Shown here piece by piece: positions 38,285-51,773 of a stretch of 64,000 bases of DNA. The translations under genes were made by a program, and so were the position numbers. Origin of the DNA: Massalongia carnosa (lineage: Eukaryota). The notes beneath the pieces were generated by a model, which worked only from the letters and a program-made list of their open reading frames with translations, made no database searches and was not told the origin of the DNA. Location: assembly GCA_965645245.1 (NCBI GenBank), contig OZ287071.1:248001-312000 (forward strand), in the 5' to 3' direction. The stretch's first letter is position 1; each line of letters begins with the position of its first letter.

Positions 38285-41023
38285 ATGGGCAGCATGGACG
38301 GTGCTAGCCCTCCCAGGGTTCTTTTCATCGATGCCTTTGACTCTTTCTCCAACAACATTATATCTCTCTTGCAAACGGATTTGAATGTTGATGTGACTGT
38401 GATTAAGATAAATGAGCCGATCGATAACTTTGCTTCATTCTTGAAATCATTTTCTGCCGTCGTTGCAGGTCCTGGTCCTGGCCATCCCACAAACCATGAA
38501 GACGTGGGCTGGTTCAATGAGTTATGGAAACTAGAAAATCAGGATCTGGTCCCTGTACTGGGAATATGCTTGGGTTTCCAGAGCCTTGTTCTGGCGTTTG
38601 GAGGGAAAGTGGAACCACTTTCAGAACCACGACACGGCATTGTGAGAAGCATTCGATCCAATGGACAATCCTTGTTCGGGGGCCTAAAGAACATCAAATC
38701 TGTGCAGTATCATTCTCTGCACGCTTCTATCGGAAGTATTTCCGAGGATGATATGCTAGCCGATGTTGATTTAGCTCATATATTCAGCTCGACCAATATG
38801 TGCCCCGATCTCCGACCCTTAGCGTGGGATCTAGAGGCAGACAATGATCTGTTGGACGGTATTCTGGAAAACGGTAATCCTCGAGCTATTTTGATGGCAG
38901 TTGTTCATGCAAGCAAACCTTTCTATGGTGTGCAATTTCATCCCGAATCCGTCTGTTCCAATCTCAATGCCCGGAAGGTCATTTCGGGCTGGTGGTCGAC
39001 TGCGCAAGTGTGGAATCGTAGGAACAGGAATCCGAAGGTATTATCAGATTCAGTCTCTCCGCGCACCGAACCTGGAATAGCGATACTTTCGTCCCCTTTG
39101 GATCATAAGTTTTCGTTCAAGGCTCGAGGCCTCTCAAATGGGACGTCAACGAGTTCTTACTCAACTGGAAACGGCGTGGCTTCTTCCAAGAACGGAGACT
39201 CAATTGCATCCATTGCAGATGAAAATCTGCTTGGGCGATCCCTCCTGACACCAAGTACTACTAATGGTCTGAAGAATAGCAGGGTAATATCTCGGAGCCT
39301 GGATTCATCAACGCTCGTCGTTCCGGATATTTGCGAGAGGTTAAAGCTTCAATACGGGGACCTTGTGCTTTTGGATTCGGAGCTTCATCAGCGATCCGAA
39401 ATAGGCACATGCAGCATTATCGGCATAGTCACTACTTCCTCTTTAAAACTAGAGTATAACACTGGAACGTTACGAGTCCGGCACGTAAAAAACGGGAAAG
39501 TCACTTCCGTTGACCTTCGACCACACGGTGGAACGATCTTCTCGTATCTCAAGAGCTTCATGAAAAACCATAAAGTAGAGAATGGGAGCAGTGAAATACC
39601 ATTTTGGGGCGGTCTTATGGGGTATATCTCGTATGAGGCCTGCTTAGAGACCATTGACATTCATGCAAGCCTTGATCAGGATAGCGTGAACCTCCCAAAC
39701 CCGGATATAAGCTTCATATATGTGGAGCGAAGCATTGTCATTGATCATTCACAGCAACAGCTGCACGTTCAAAGCATCAAGGCGAATGATCTGGACTGGG
39801 TCGATGAAACCATAGACCTCCTGAACGAACTCAAGGTTCCCGCAAACGAATGGCAATCCAACAGCTTGAGCCCTAACACGGACTCCTTTGCATCTCAAAT
39901 ATCCATTCCAAAAAAGCATGTCTACGGCGCGAAAATCCATGATTGCCAGACCTACATCCATAAAGGAGATTCTTACGAACTATGCCTTACCACAGAGTCC
40001 ACTATACGCACACCAAAAAAAGTTACAGCATGGTCTATATATCAACGCCTCCGGAAGTATAACTCGGCTCCTTTCTCTGCTTACCTCCGAGTCGGGCGTC
40101 TCACCCTCCTCTCCAGCTCTCCAGAAAGATTTCTTTGCTGGTCGCGTCCAGCGTTGCCAAACTACCATGTGGGAACTTCTTTAATGAATGGCACTGGCAA
40201 AAATAATAACAAAAAGATTTCAATCTGTGAATTCCGTCCAATCAAAGGGACAGTGAACCGAGAACCCAAAAACTCCACTTCTCAACCCATTACCTTTGAA
40301 CAAGCAAACGCAATTCTGTCAACACCCAAGGAACGTGCAGAAAACCTTATGATTGTCGATCTCATCCGGCATGACCTCCATGGTGTTGCTGGCGCCGGCA
40401 ATGTACAGGTTAAAAAACTGATGTCTGTTGAAGCCTACGCTACTCTCTACCAGCTTGTCACAGTCATCCAAGGCAAACTGTACATCGGCGACGAGGAGAA
40501 ATGTATCTTGCCTAGCACGAAAGTCCCCGAAGAAGGTGCGAAGTATCCCGGGGAACAGCTTACTCGACAGAAGCCAAGCGATGAAAAGGCATTCAATCAG
40601 ACAGGCATTGACGTCTTGGCCGCAAGCCTTCCTCCCGGCAGCATGACTGGCGCTCCAAAACGCCGGTCTTGTCAGCTTCTTCGGACAATTGAAGGCCGTG
40701 ATCGGGGCGTTTACTCGGGCGTGGTCGGCTACTTTGATGCGGGTGGCGGAGGCGACTTTTCCGTTGTTATCCGCAGTGCTTTCCGGTGGGATTCTACAGC
40801 CAGGCCTGATTTAAACGGCTCAACCGTGAATGGAAACAATCGGGGTGAGAGGAGAAATGGCTATCATGCAGATGCTGAATCAGGTGATTCGTGGACTATT
40901 GGGGCTGGAGGCGCAGTGACATGCCTCAGCACCGAGAACGGTGAGTGGGAGGAGATGAAAATGAAAATGATGAGCACAATGGGGGTGTTTGGCGTGACCG
41001 CGGCGGACTGGGAGCGGGACTAG
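38285..41023 (+). CDS. ABZ1: Aminodeoxychorismate (PABA) synthase, fused GATase + chorismate-binding domains
   Basis: IDAFDSFSNN, GPGPGHP, GICLGFQ, QFHPES, SSPERFL, RPIKGT, KERAENLMIVDLIRHDL, PPGSMTGAPK. Intronless 912-aa ORF. Confidence 0.96.
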   Translation: MGSMDGASPPRVLFIDAFDSFSNNIISLLQTDLNVDVTVIKINEPIDNFASFLKSFSAVVAGPGPGHPTNHEDVGWFNELWKLENQDLVPVLGICLGFQSLVLAFGGKVEPLSEPRHGIVRSIRSNGQSLFGGLKNIKSVQYHSLHASIGSISEDDMLADVDLAHIFSSTNMCPDLRPLAWDLEADNDLLDGILENGNPRAILMAVVHASKPFYGVQFHPESVCSNLNARKVISGWWSTAQVWNRRNRNPKVLSDSVSPRTEPGIAILSSPLDHKFSFKARGLSNGTSTSSYSTGNGVASSKNGDSIASIADENLLGRSLLTPSTTNGLKNSRVISRSLDSSTLVVPDICERLKLQYGDLVLLDSELHQRSEIGTCSIIGIVTTSSLKLEYNTGTLRVRHVKNGKVTSVDLRPHGGTIFSYLKSFMKNHKVENGSSEIPFWGGLMGYISYEACLETIDIHASLDQDSVNLPNPDISFIYVERSIVIDHSQQQLHVQSIKANDLDWVDETIDLLNELKVPANEWQSNSLSPNTDSFASQISIPKKHVYGAKIHDCQTYIHKGDSYELCLTTESTIRTPKKVTAWSIYQRLRKYNSAPFSAYLRVGRLTLLSSSPERFLCWSRPALPNYHVGTSLMNGTGKNNNKKISICEFRPIKGTVNREPKNSTSQPITFEQANAILSTPKERAENLMIVDLIRHDLHGVAGAGNVQVKKLMSVEAYATLYQLVTVIQGKLYIGDEEKCILPSTKVPEEGAKYPGEQLTRQKPSDEKAFNQTGIDVLAASLPPGSMTGAPKRRSCQLLRTIEGRDRGVYSGVVGYFDAGGGGDFSVVIRSAFRWDSTARPDLNGSTVNGNNRGERRNGYHADAESGDSWTIGAGGAVTCLSTENGEWEEMKMKMMSTMGVFGVTAADWERD

Positions 41024-41878
41024 GGCGAATCCCATTGGAGCTGGCATGAATTCGGGGTTGTTGTGTAGAGCATGACGAGAAAGACGATCGATCAATCGAC
41101 TGAATGGACGACAATATGTAGATAAAGGGGAGACCCGATGTACATAAACCTTCAAGGCGGGTAGTGTTTGGGTAAGATTCGCATCGCTTTTTATGGTTAT
41201 GAGGCCGAGTTTTTACAGTCCCAAAACACTTAGGAGCTTGGTGTCAGACTCTAGACGCAACAATCTTCATATCCCAGATTTCCCTGTGCTGTTTTCATTC
41301 CCTCCGTTGTAAAGGTTTTCCTAACCCACCGGGACTCCATAATTATCATATATATGAAGCCATCCCGTGGACAGGTTGCTCAGAAACTGCAAGGTTGTTT
41401 GTTTCCTTAAGCCGCCAGTGGAGCTATTTTGAGGGCGAAGGGGAGAGAAATGGTATTTAGGCATTAACAGAGCCGCGTCTCCGATCACTACAAAAACTAT
41501 GAGTGCGATGCGATATGAAAGTCAGAATTACAATCATAAGAATCTCACGATGCCCGAGATCAAGGTGCTATATAGCGACGTGATTTTCCTCGGAGAGAGT
41601 TCAGGAATATGAGGAAGCGATAGTGTCGAGGGGAAGAATCAGGCTAGCTATGAGTTCAGAAGTGGCGGAAGCACGGAGTAGTTAGAAGCGGAAATCAAAT
41701 TCGGATTTTCGGCTTGAAATGCACTAGTCAAATGTGCAGCCTCTGCGTGGCATAAAAGACATTTAAAGGGGTAGTTAACAGGATCGCAATCACGTGTGTC
41801 ATGGTAGTACCGAGCAATGTTAAGCATGGATCCTGTTACCGTGCGATATTCTTCTAATAGACATTCATTCCCCCTGTC

Positions 41879-43875
41879 ATGCTTCGACAGCTCGCTCGCG
41901 CAACGAAGCTGAACCAACTCAGCCGGGTCTTTTCAAGCAGCTCGCCAAAGTCTGGCATGGCGTTAACGTTGCCCATGCTGCCCGTGTTCGAAGCCATTTC
42001 CAGCCATGACCCTCAAAGTATTGCTGTTATACATTCAAAATCTGGCCGGCGCTTCGCCTACGGGCAACTCCTTAGAGATGTTGCAGACGCAAGTAGCAAG
42101 CTACGTCAAGCAGTTGGGGGAGCTGGATTAGATGGGAAGAGGATAGCTTTCTTAGTAGAAAACAGCTATGAATACGTGGGTATGTGCTTGAACTCGTTGG
42201 CTTCTACAGCGCTAATAACGGTAAGTCACTCTACTTTCCATTCTTGGAAGCAAGGGCATCGCCGTCCCCCTTTCATCAAGCTTTCCCGTAAGTGAGCTTA
42301 GGTATATTATAGACAACAGTGAAGCCTCTCTCCTTCTATCATCTGCTAGGTTTCGAGAAAAGGCGGACGAAGTTGTTAAAGAGGGATTGGGAACTCCACC
42401 CTCTTCGGTAGGGATCGAGAATAGGGTTGTTCAGGAACAATCCACGGAGGATGTGTTGCTTGAACCCGTAGAAGAATCTGCAGCAGGATTGATGCTATAT
42501 ACCTCGGGAACGACTAGTCGCCCAGTAAGTTTCCTACCTAAGTACTATTTCACTTGGCTCGCAGCTAAAAAGTCACAGAAAGGTGTGCTCCTTCCTATGT
42601 CGGCCCTCACAGCTCAAGCACGGTCTCTTATCGAAGCTTGGAATTACACATCAAATGATCATCTTCTACACGTCCTTCCACTATATCATATCCACGGCAT
42701 CATCAATGCGCTTTTAACCCCGCTTATCGCAGGCTCCACGGTCGAATTCTTATTTCCCTTCAATGTCAATGCAGTCTGGGAGCGCCTTGCTTTGCCTTAT
42801 CTCCCCAAGGATCAACAACAGGGGGAACCCCGTGAGAAAATAACCTTTTTAACCGTTGTACCCACAATATACAATCGGCTCCTCTCGTCCCACGGCGATA
42901 TTCCTTCGCCAATGTCGCTTGCGGCTAATGAGGCTTTGGTACCCGAAAACCTACGGCTCAACATATCTGGGTCGGCAGCACTCCCGACACCGACAAAGGC
43001 AGCATGGACAAAGCTCAGTGGTGGGAACGTCCTCTTAGAGCGATATGGCATGACTGAGGCTGGGATGGCTCTCAGTTGTGGGCTTGATTTTAAGGATCGA
43101 GTGGATGGAAGCGTTGGATGGCCACTTCCCTTTGTCGAAGCTCGCCTGGTGGAACCGGAAACGAACGAGATCATAGAACCGGGTAAGGAGATTGGGGATG
43201 ACGGCAAGGAAAGAGGAGGCGAAATTCAGCTCAGGGGGCCTACAATCTTTCAAGAGTACTGGCGGAACCCGAAAGCCACCTCGGAAGAGTTCGTGGATGG
43301 GAACGATGGAAAGGGGCCATGGTTTAAAACCGGTGATATTGCCGTAAGGAGGGTAGTCGAGGGGGCGGGACAAACCGATCAATGCTGGGCGAAAGGCGCC
43401 ATGTATTTCATCCAGGGTCGGAAGAATGTTGACATACTTAAGAGTGGAGGAGAAAAGATCAGCGCGTTAGAGGTTGAACGAGAGCTTTTGTCCTTGTCAG
43501 TATTGCCGTGTATAATTTCGCAGCCGATCAACTGCTAACGGTTGACAATAGACCGCAGATAGTGGAAGCGGCAGTGGTTGGTCTTCCCTCGGAACAGTGG
43601 GGTCAAAAGGTTGCAGCGGTCATAGTTTTAAATCCTGCTCTTGCGAACACGGGAAGAGGGGGCAAGACCTGGGGAGTGATGGATATGCGCAGGGCATTGA
43701 AGGATAGGTTGGTGAACTATAAGATACCCCAAGAGATGAAGGTATTAGAAGAAATACCCAAAAATGCTATGGGCAAAAGCACGTTTTCCGAACCCGCTGC
43801 TAATAAGAAAAAGCTAACCGTTCTGCAGTTAACAAGAAGACGTTGCTCACCAGTGTTTTTCCCGATGTACTGTAA
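41879..43875 (+). CDS. AMP-binding acyl-CoA synthetase (malonyl-CoA synthetase/ACSF3-like), 4 introns, the last GC-AG
   Basis: YTSGTTSRP|KGV, ERYGMTE, WFKTGD, KSGGEKISALEVE, PKNAMGK|INKK. Mitochondrial-like N-terminus. Confidence 0.9.
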
Positions 43876-44291
43876 TTGGGGATCCAAGAGCGTAAATGAG
43901 AAGTTAATCTCCAGTCAGTCCTTCACTTTTAGATTTGAGCTTTCAAAATTTTGAAGCATGATTGGTGCCTTGGCATTTACCCTGAAGGGATTTACTCTTT
44001 TTGCTTGAGCGACAGATGGCATGCAGATGCCTCGACCAATATAATTAAACGTAACTGTCAATATCAGGTGTAATATTATATTGCTCATATCTAACATTCG
44101 ATCAAAAGAACACTAGGTCCTTGAATGGGACATCGAAGCCCGTAGACTTTGTCACGAGCATAGCAGCAGGCCTTGTTCTTCATATGGTGTATAATGATAA
44201 TCTTTGTGCCTAGAAGGTCTGAAAACTACAGTTCTCGTTAGCTCTAAAGGTATATTCAATTAGTCACGAATGCAATTGCCACTCTAATGCC

Positions 44292-44313
44292 TTAGGGTTT
44301 GAGGCTTAGGGTT
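44292..44313 (+). promoter_or_regulatory. Paired TTAGGGTT motifs upstream of the ribosomal protein gene (Tbf1/telobox-like)
   Basis: CTTAGGGTTTGAGGCTTAGGGTT lies ~180 bp upstream of the RPS2 ATG. Confidence 0.45.
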
Positions 44314-44486
44314 ATGAGAATCGGTAAATTTCTCCGCGAAAGCCCTCGCTTAGGTTCCGCTTAGCGTAATTCCTCCCCCACTAAAAAGCATACCAAATAA
44401 ATCAAGATCCATCCATATAACCAACCAAACCCGAATTCCTCGAAAACCCCTTATCAACACACACCTTCAACGCAACAAATAACCCC

Positions 44487-45558
44487 ATGGCTGACGCACC
44501 CCGAGGCGGAGCAGCAGGAGGAGGGGCCGGCGGCGCTCGCGGCGGCGGCGGTGGCTTCGGCTCGCGTGGGGATCGAGGCGGAGGCGATCGCGGACGCGGG
44601 CGTGGCGGACGACGAGGACCCCGCCGTGGGGCAAACAAAAACGAGGAGAAGGAGTGGCAACCTGTGACGAAGTTGGGCCGGCTGGTGAAAGCTGGGAAGA
44701 TCAAGAGCATGGAGGAGATATATCTGCATTCGCTGCCGATCAAAGAGTACCAGATTGTGGATTGGTTTCTGCCAAAACTCAAGGATGAAGTAATGAAGGT
44801 TAGTCAATCGGAGGGGTTCTTTGCGCCGAGGGGTTGGTTGGCTGGCTGGCTGGCTGGCTAGCTGCTTAGGTCTAGAGTTGATGGACTCCTTGGGGCATCG
44901 AGAGCTGACACCCAAGCTTTAATTGCAGATCAAACCGGTACAAAAGCAAACGCGCGCTGGTCAACGCACGCGGTTCAAGGCCATTGTCGTGATTGGGGAC
45001 TCGGAAGGACACGTAGGGTTAGGGATCAAGACGTCCAAAGAAGTGGCGACAGCCATCCGTGCTGCCATCATCATCGCCAAGTTGAGCGTGCTGCCTATCC
45101 GTCGGGGCTACTGGGGAACTTCGCTTGGAGATCCGCACTCGCTGCCAACGAAGGAAAGCGGGAAATGTGGCTCGGTGACCGTGCGGGTATGACCTCCCTT
45201 GAAAAGTCCAAGGCTTTTCCTTGTCGCCGGGTTTCTCTTCCTTGCAGCAGGGATAAGCACGTTTCTCGCTGAAATGAACGGAGGCTAAAACATCACATAG
45301 CTCATCCCCGCTCCCCGCGGTACCGGCCTCGTGGCCTCCCCCGCGGTCAAGCGCCTGCTACAGCTCGCGGGCGTGCAGGACGTCTACACCTCCTCAGCCG
45401 GCTCGACCAAGACTCTCGAGAACACGCTCAAAGCGACCTTCGTCGCCGTCGGCAACACCTACGGCTTCCTGACGCCAAACTTGTGGAAGGAAAACAAGCT
45501 AAACCGCAGCCCGCTCGAGGAGTTTGGCGACGTTTTGAGGGAGGGGAAGAGGTATTAA
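44487..45558 (+). CDS. RPS2: 40S ribosomal protein S2 (uS5); introns ~44799-44928 and ~45187-45300
   Basis: RGG-rich N-terminus, [46 protein letters not shown]. Confidence 0.98.
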
Positions 45559-46123
45559 CGGGGGTTGGAGATGATGATGAGCAGTGAATTAAGAGATATG
45601 GGTGCTTGTGGCTTGGGTTTCGGCTCAGGGTGCCGAGAGATGCGTGGAGGGAACGACTCGTAGCACGGGTGGCGGAATTGACTGGTTACTTAGGCTAAGC
45701 TTTGCTGTGGCGATTCTCAAAGCTTCACAAAAGCGGTTGCTACTACCGTGAGATTGTCGCCATGGGCCACAATATCAATGACATTTTCTCTGACAACGAA
45801 AGATGTATTTGACATTATGATTCAGCATCCGAAACCCTCCCAACTCCACCCGTGATAGGAATACCATCCTACAAAGGGCCCCCATGCTTGTCAAAATTCA
45901 GATCCGAGAAGACGCTTTGGCTGAATGTTCCCAAAACCCCATTGTTCCCGAACCTTTCCAATCCCCGATTACCTTCGCCCCCCCCCCGGGCAAACTTAAC
46001 ATCCAGGTTCCACCCGCGCTTTCGGAATGATAAGACAATACAAATGCCTCATGCACCAAACTCAAGGGACGGGATATCGAGGCCAGCAGCGTATTTGCAC
46101 GAGGGCTTTCTTCTCTCAGGACT

Positions 46124-48159
46124 CTAGCTTGAACGGGAATGGCTAGGAGAGAGCCACCGGACGGTTTTCTTGCGTTTCGGCTTGGCAGCCGATTTGACTA
46201 GCGCTACGGCGATGCGCCCACTGTTTGCAACAGGAGCCCCTGGGATTAGGGGGCGAACGTCCTCGAGCATGCCAAGGGTAGGGTTGAAGGGAACTGGCAG
46301 GCGGAGGGAGGGATATGCTGTCAGTTCAGTGTGCATGGGTGGTTATGGGAAGGGTTGGACTGACAGGCTTGCTCTATGATGTGCTCGTCCAACGGGGGCA
46401 GCCGAAGCCGCACTTCCGGGAAAACAAGTAGTTTGGGGAGGACCACAGGCCCTGTTCGTTTCTCGAAGTTTGGAGCACCTAGAGGGAACCTTGACGTTAG
46501 CGTCATTAGCTCCTGGGGGGCGGGGAGGTCGTCGAGAGGAAAGAAGCAGGTGGCATTACCGGTAATAAGATCCTGCTCGATGCGATTGCTAATCAGAGCC
46601 CCCAAAAAGGGCGTTTCGCCAAACATGAACGGCATGTCGCCGGAGAAATGCTTCTCCGCCGGATCTGGCGCGTTCTCCAGCAACTGTCTGTCGCGCTTGT
46701 GGTCGAAACCGCGGATCTCGGGCGGCATCCGCTTGCCATTGCCTATTTCGGGGGCGTGGTTACGCTCAGGGGTAGGGTTACGCACGGCTTCGCGCAGCTA
46801 GGTGAAGCCCAGCTGCTCCGGGGGGAGACGGCGGGAGGGAGGATCGTTCGGGTCGCCTAGAGGCGCGTAGAGAACGGCGGAGTGGGCGCGTTTCGCCACC
46901 GGCTCGGAGGTTGGGGCTTTGGCGGCTGGCCGCTTCGCTGGGCTAGAAGGCGTTTCGGCTGGGGGTGGTTTCCATCGTCCAGGCGGGAAGTAATCCACAG
47001 GCAGATCCGGTTGTTCCTGGGATAGTTCGTTCAAGACTGCGTCTTCCACCAGGCGTAAGGCTTGAGCATGGGTTGTCACTAACTCACCTCCATTCAACGG
47101 TCGAACGAAGTTCTGCAACGACAATGCTCCGGCATCAGTATTTCCTGCTTGTTTTTGTCGCTCTTGGAATACGTTATATCTCACTATCCATGAGAACCGA
47201 GGCCGACTTTGTTCCTCTCTACCGGTAATTTTCGTGCCGATCGAAAGCACAGACTTTGGACGCCTTGGCTGTGGTTTGGGAGGTAGGCGAACAAAGTTAT
47301 ATTGCCATCCACCCACGTAATTCTGCTCATGATTCGACGCAAAGGAGCGTAACGCAAGCTCAATAGCAGCACGTTGCCGTCCCCGCTTTCTTGCCCTGAC
47401 GTTGAATATGTCTTCTTGGTTTGGGAGGCCGTTTTCATCTAATGCATCCTTAATGGTCGTTAGATTCGTCAACACTTCCGAGTGGCCTTGACTCTCAATC
47501 TTTTGGAGTTCTTCTCCTCGAGATGTGCGGCCGTGTAGTTGGTCGAGGAAGAGGCTTTGATCTATTGGTCGCTCGATCGTGAATGGCGGACGATCTTCCC
47601 GTAAAGGTACTCCTAAGATGCTGGCCCTGCTAGCATCCAAAGCCAAGCGCCGGCTAAATGGAGCAATAGGGACGATTCTAGCATTTATACAAGACTGATA
47701 GTGCTGGCTGTCCATGCGCGATTGATGCACCTGGAGCATTTCTCGCACTCTATTGTAGAGCATGACATCACATTCCACCTTATCATCAAGAATTTTGCGT
47801 AGGAACTTTTCGACTGCCTTGTGGTGCTTCTCGAAATCACGATCCTGATTTATGTCTTCATCAGAGAGAAATACCCTCATTTGATTTAGTTTTTCATTCA
47901 CAGTTGCCGCCGGCGGTTCCCAACGATGGAGCGCTACAGCTTCTCCTTCCTTCCTTTGTTGCTCTGCCAGGTTTTTGCTTGTACGATTTCTAGCAGGGCC
48001 CGATTGAACCGACATGTTAATAGCTGCAAGGATCTGTGTTGATTTCTTTTGAAGTGGGCCTGTTGCAGTAAAGGGTCTTCCTAGGAGTTGAGAGCTCATC
48101 TTTGTATGAGCCGCCGTGAGCCGTGGAAACTCAGGGTTTTTTTTTAGTGAGCGGCCCAC
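46124..48159 (-). CDS. Hypothetical protein; frame continues across an in-frame TAG (46798-46800); one intron ~46318-46365; start uncertain
   Basis: The 453-aa ORF is followed in the same frame by 46321-46797. A GTCAGT...CTGACAG intron then links to the last exon ending 46124. Confidence 0.55.
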
Positions 48160-49882
48160 AGGATACCAACGATAAAACGAAGAGTCTCAGACTAGAAGAG
48201 TTTCCAATAGATGATATATGACCAAGAGGTACGGATCTAGTTCGCGCCTCATCCGCCACAGGTGAATGCTTTTCTGATGGAGGGGCTCACTTCCTGATGA
48301 GTCCAAGTAGCTTTCACGATCGGTGAGGGCTTTTGGAGACCTGAGGACAAGCTTTCCTACCTACTCGGCCGGCTGATCGTAAGTAAGGAGCGCCAGGAAT
48401 GGGTTGACCAATGAGCCGTACTAGGATGCTTTAAGATACTTATTATAGAGGATGTGGTGCTGCAAACCACTCATATCGTAGCAGACCGCAATTAAAGGTT
48501 AACTGGAAAAGTTTTCTCGTCGCATCATGATGTGAATATCGTATTTTTAGTCATTGAATCCTCAAAGGACAGGCTGTAAGCTATAAGTGTCATCAATAAA
48601 GACCGGATGAAAAAATTCGCTAATACTTTGTGAACAAAGGCGCAATAGGAATCTATCGACTATCAAATTGAAGTCGTATTAATAATGAAAAGATATTTAC
48701 GCCGCATCAGGAAGTACTTGCACATTCCAACCCTCCGTTAGAGACTAATCCCAAACCAGTCGAAAGTACGAAGTTCGAAAGCGCAAACGGGAAGGTTTTG
48801 GTTTACCCAGCACATCTCGTGCGTTGATGATTGTGAAACTAACTGTACTTGTAGATAGACTAATAAAAACCTTCACGAGTGAAAAGTAGAAGTCCCATGC
48901 CATACTGTTTCGAACAAGCTATTTATGTTGAAAGCTTGGATCCCGCAATTTCGTTCGACTTGGCTAAACCTCGCATTCTGATAGGTGTAACTTCTGTGAT
49001 CAGAGAGAGAATTGCATCGTTAGATGAAACGGCCACGACAGCAAGTCTCCATGATAGCTCAGCAGCCAGTGTCAAGACAGAAAAAAAACAGACCAGCATA
49101 AGAGGAAAAGAAGTCCGCAGGGAGCAGCTGACGGACAAAAGACAAGAAATGAAGAATGAGAAGGTTCTTGGCCCATTTGACCTAAGCGTTAAAACCCTTC
49201 CAACCTATGATCTCATATATGTGTAGTAATGGGTAGAGCAGACTATCAGATATGGCAATGGGAAAGCTTTCTCAAAACACACCAAAACAAAACAAAAAAC
49301 GCTCCTGGCCTGATATCAATGCAATCAATGCCGGTTATCCTCCGACCGAGAGTAAGCTCATATACATGATTTCCTGTAGAATGCAGTGTTTGATCTCTTT
49401 TAAGGTAACACGTGCGTTTCAGTACAACATATATCTTTACATGGATTTCTGCCATGTAATATCACGCGTCCATGTAGAAATAGGTACCAACTGGTAGATG
49501 AAAGATTCTCAATTGTGGGTATGGTCATCGTATCAAATGCTCGCAGGTAGACTATTGGCAATCAAGTTCGCGATTCGGTTTGACCGCTGCCAGCGAGGCT
49601 CCCCCAAAGATTCCCAAGGACGGGATTGTAATACTAATGGTACGTCAGTAGAAGACTGTGGTTTCTGTTTTAACGTTCATCCATCATTGAATAAAAGATT
49701 GTCTCTCTGTGTTGCTGTGGCCCAGGTGGAGGTCATCATGAGGCTGAATGGGTAAATTCATAACTAATTCCAATCACGTGACTTGACCAACCTCCAAGGT
49801 AACTATTAATCGAACCAGTCGCAAGGTGCCTCCCCGAACAACATCTTTGCTGCAAATATTTGATCCTCCCCCGACGAATCAC

Positions 49883-50191
49883 ATGCGGCCTTTTCGACTT
49901 CGCGGTATATTTACCCATCCGCCCCAGAGCCCCCCTTACTCCCTCCGAGGCTTCCTTCTCCGCGCGCAAGCTCTCTCGCTTTACCGCTCTATCCAGCGCA
50001 CGCTGCGCCACCTACCCAAGTCCGACCCCACGCGGCTGGAAGTTTCTTCGTTTGCGAGGATGGAGTTTGAGCGGAACAGAGACATACAGGCGCTGGGGCG
50101 AGTGAGCTTTTTGCTTGGCCAGGGGCATAAGGAGTTGAGGGAGTTGAAAAGGACGTGGGAAGGTGCGGCTGGCAATAGTGGGCGCGTGTGA
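49883..50191 (+). CDS. Mitochondrial LYR-motif protein (LYRM2-like)
   Basis: ALSLYRSIQRTLR (LYR motif) and FARMEFERNR; basic N-terminus. Confidence 0.82.
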   Translation: MRPFRLRGIFTHPPQSPPYSLRGFLLRAQALSLYRSIQRTLRHLPKSDPTRLEVSSFARMEFERNRDIQALGRVSFLLGQGHKELRELKRTWEGAAGNSGRV

Positions 50192-51773
50192 TGGTATTGC
50201 ACTGAGCAGATGGTCGAGAAGTTAAGGGGAAGACTTACAAACTGCATATAGGTGTTAGGCCTTTGGAGACCTAGAAACTACGGATGATTGCACTCGGTGG
50301 AACCAACTGGCCTGAATCTTGTTGCATTGGATTCAGATGGGACGCATATCGATTCTACGATGGGAGGTCATGTCTACAGTGTGATTCCTATTGCACGGCT
50401 ACGCATTCCTTGAGTGGGGAATCAACGATGCTCGCTGACTGTCGGGAGCCTTTACCGCCTCGAATCTGCCAGGTCACCTGGAACATTTTCTGTGGGAACG
50501 GCAATCAAGCTCTGTATTGAACCAAGTTTTTCGTGCAATTAGACTCGACTTGTCAGGCCCACATATCGATTATGATCGTACTGAAGAGAATATCGCCGGT
50601 AGAAATTCAAGTGCCGGCTTTATGTCAATCAACCCGATTTCGATACTCTTTGACAAATGGCCCTACGGATAATAGCCTTGTATAAAATTCATAGTATTCA
50701 TCAGCAAAAGCGCCACACTCAATTCATGGACGCCCAAAGGTGCTTCTGTCGGGTTTGTATATGCGTGGGCTCCAAATACACTCTCCTCCTTGGATCTGAC
50801 CACCAGACGTCATTCTCCTTACGCGCCTTAAACCACCGCCAGCTTGGCAGCACTGGCAGAACAAGACTGCTCCCTGCACCAGGCCTGCACCTGGAGCCAA
50901 ACTCGTCCAGAATACTGTGACAAAGTTCTCGGGTTCGATTTAAAGACTGTCTGGGTCTAGAGGCCGGCTTGGTAGGGAGCTTAGTTATTGAGTGGTCCAT
51001 CGCACGCTTTCAGTATCAGCTGAATTCGTATTGAACATGTCAAGGAAGATTGATTAAGAAAGTGACATTGGTTACCCGAATCTGCAGCAATGGCTCGTGA
51101 CTAGAATATTCACATATAGATATAATAACTTTTATGATGAACAGTTGATGCAAATGGGGCTAAGCGAGTATTCCCACAATAACGGAGGCAAAGACTTTTA
51201 TGCCATACATGTGGCGTGCGCTAGTCTGACATGTCATACCGGGACTTTCATGTTATTATTTATCGGCTTCACTATGATGTAAACAAAGCTTTTCATCTCG
51301 TCTTCGCCATCTCATTCTCGCCTCCTCGTTCATCTACAATGACTTTTTATACATTCATCACATGAATCATACTCATCTCTCGAAATCAGCAAGTCTTGAT
51401 ATTATGATATTTCTTTCCACAGCCCCGAACAACCCTGCACTGTACTCGTCATGAGAATCGAGTTGTAATATCTTTCTGCTTTTCTTCGTTTCTTCCGCAC
51501 AAGTTCTTTTGGTATGAAATGCTGAAGAAACAAAATGTCTGCAAAATCGAACGCATAAACTGATGATACATCGATTTTATGACTCAATTGCATCAACGAT
51601 CATGTATTTTCCGTCTTGATGTCGATCTTCGCAACTTTCATTACGACGCATGCAGGGCCTTCAGAATCGCCGTTGGTCATGAACAAATCTTTTCCCCTTT
51701 TGGCACCAGCAGCGAGCAGATCTTGAATGATCATTGGTATCGCAAAATACTTGTCACCTAATGTGATTATTAA

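Noticed and set aside
44799..44928. Intronic snoRNA in RPS2
   Set aside because: No proper C box (RTGATGA) with a terminal stem. Contains only a GGCT microsatellite.
48293..48355. Hammerhead ribozyme core CTGATGAGTCC...GGAC
   Set aside because: The required GAAA after stem II is missing (GGACAAG), and there are no convincing stems I/III.
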